A stretch of DNA of 64,000 nucleotides, taken from sequence record ON528734; one strand, given 5' to 3'. Source of the stretch: Shigella phage ESh24. Of this stretch, positions 63,876-64,000 are shown piece by piece. Numbering within the stretch: position 1 is the stretch's first letter; every line of letters begins with the position of its first letter. The translations under genes and the position numbers were made by a program. The notes under the pieces are model-generated. The model was not told where the DNA came from and did not search any database. It saw nothing but the letters and a program-made list of their open reading frames with translations.

Positions 63876-64000
63876 ATGAAACTGACAACTGAGCAGAAAG
63901 TAGCAATTCGCGAAATTTTGAAAACTAAATTGTCCATGGGTGTTTCAAACGTAGTTTTTGAAAAGTCTGATGGTACTATTCGTACTATGAAAGGTACTCG
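63876..64000 (+). CDS. Hypothetical protein, 5' part (continues past window end)
   Basis: ATG overlapping previous stop; open to the window edge. Confidence 0.5.
   Translation, partial: MKLTTEQKVAIREILKTKLSMGVSNVVFEKSDGTIRTMKGT

Overview
This window is a contiguous segment of a T-even (T4-like, Tevenvirinae) coliphage genome, running opposite to the conventional T4 map: DNA polymerase gene 43 (3' end) through 42, uvsX, 41, 61, dam, 56, soc, modA/modB, dda, dexA, 39, rIIA/rIIB, denB, ndd, 52, motA, asiA, then the late tail-fibre block t-38-37-36-35-34 on the minus strand, then rnh, 33, 59, 32, frd, td, nrdA, nrdB, denA, rnlA, alc, pseT and cd. Gene calls rest on my recall of T4 protein sequences and lengths plus motifs visible in the translations; no database search was possible. 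Several traits point to a T2/T6-type relative rather than T4 itself: a contiguous 605-aa gene 39 with no separate gene 60, a Gly-rich gp38 adhesin, a 280-aa glucosyltransferase at the beta-gt locus, and no ORF between 56 and soc. Both group I introns are present (td with I-TevI, nrdB with a full-length HNH I-TevIII). The sequence shows many near-identical early promoters (GTTTAC -35, TAtnaTA -10), UUCG-loop terminator hairpins and TATAAATA late promoters. I found no CRISPR array, tRNA gene or clearly foreign defence island. The best candidates for something undescribed are accessory ORFs at promoter/stem-loop-flanked hot spots: a 186-aa ORF translationally coupled to dam with a PD-(D/E)xK-like motif, a convergent antisense membrane ORF after gene 61, a 115-aa ORF between frd and td, a tandem paralog pair, and two apparently frameshifted ORFs. 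All of these are hypotheses needing homology searches.
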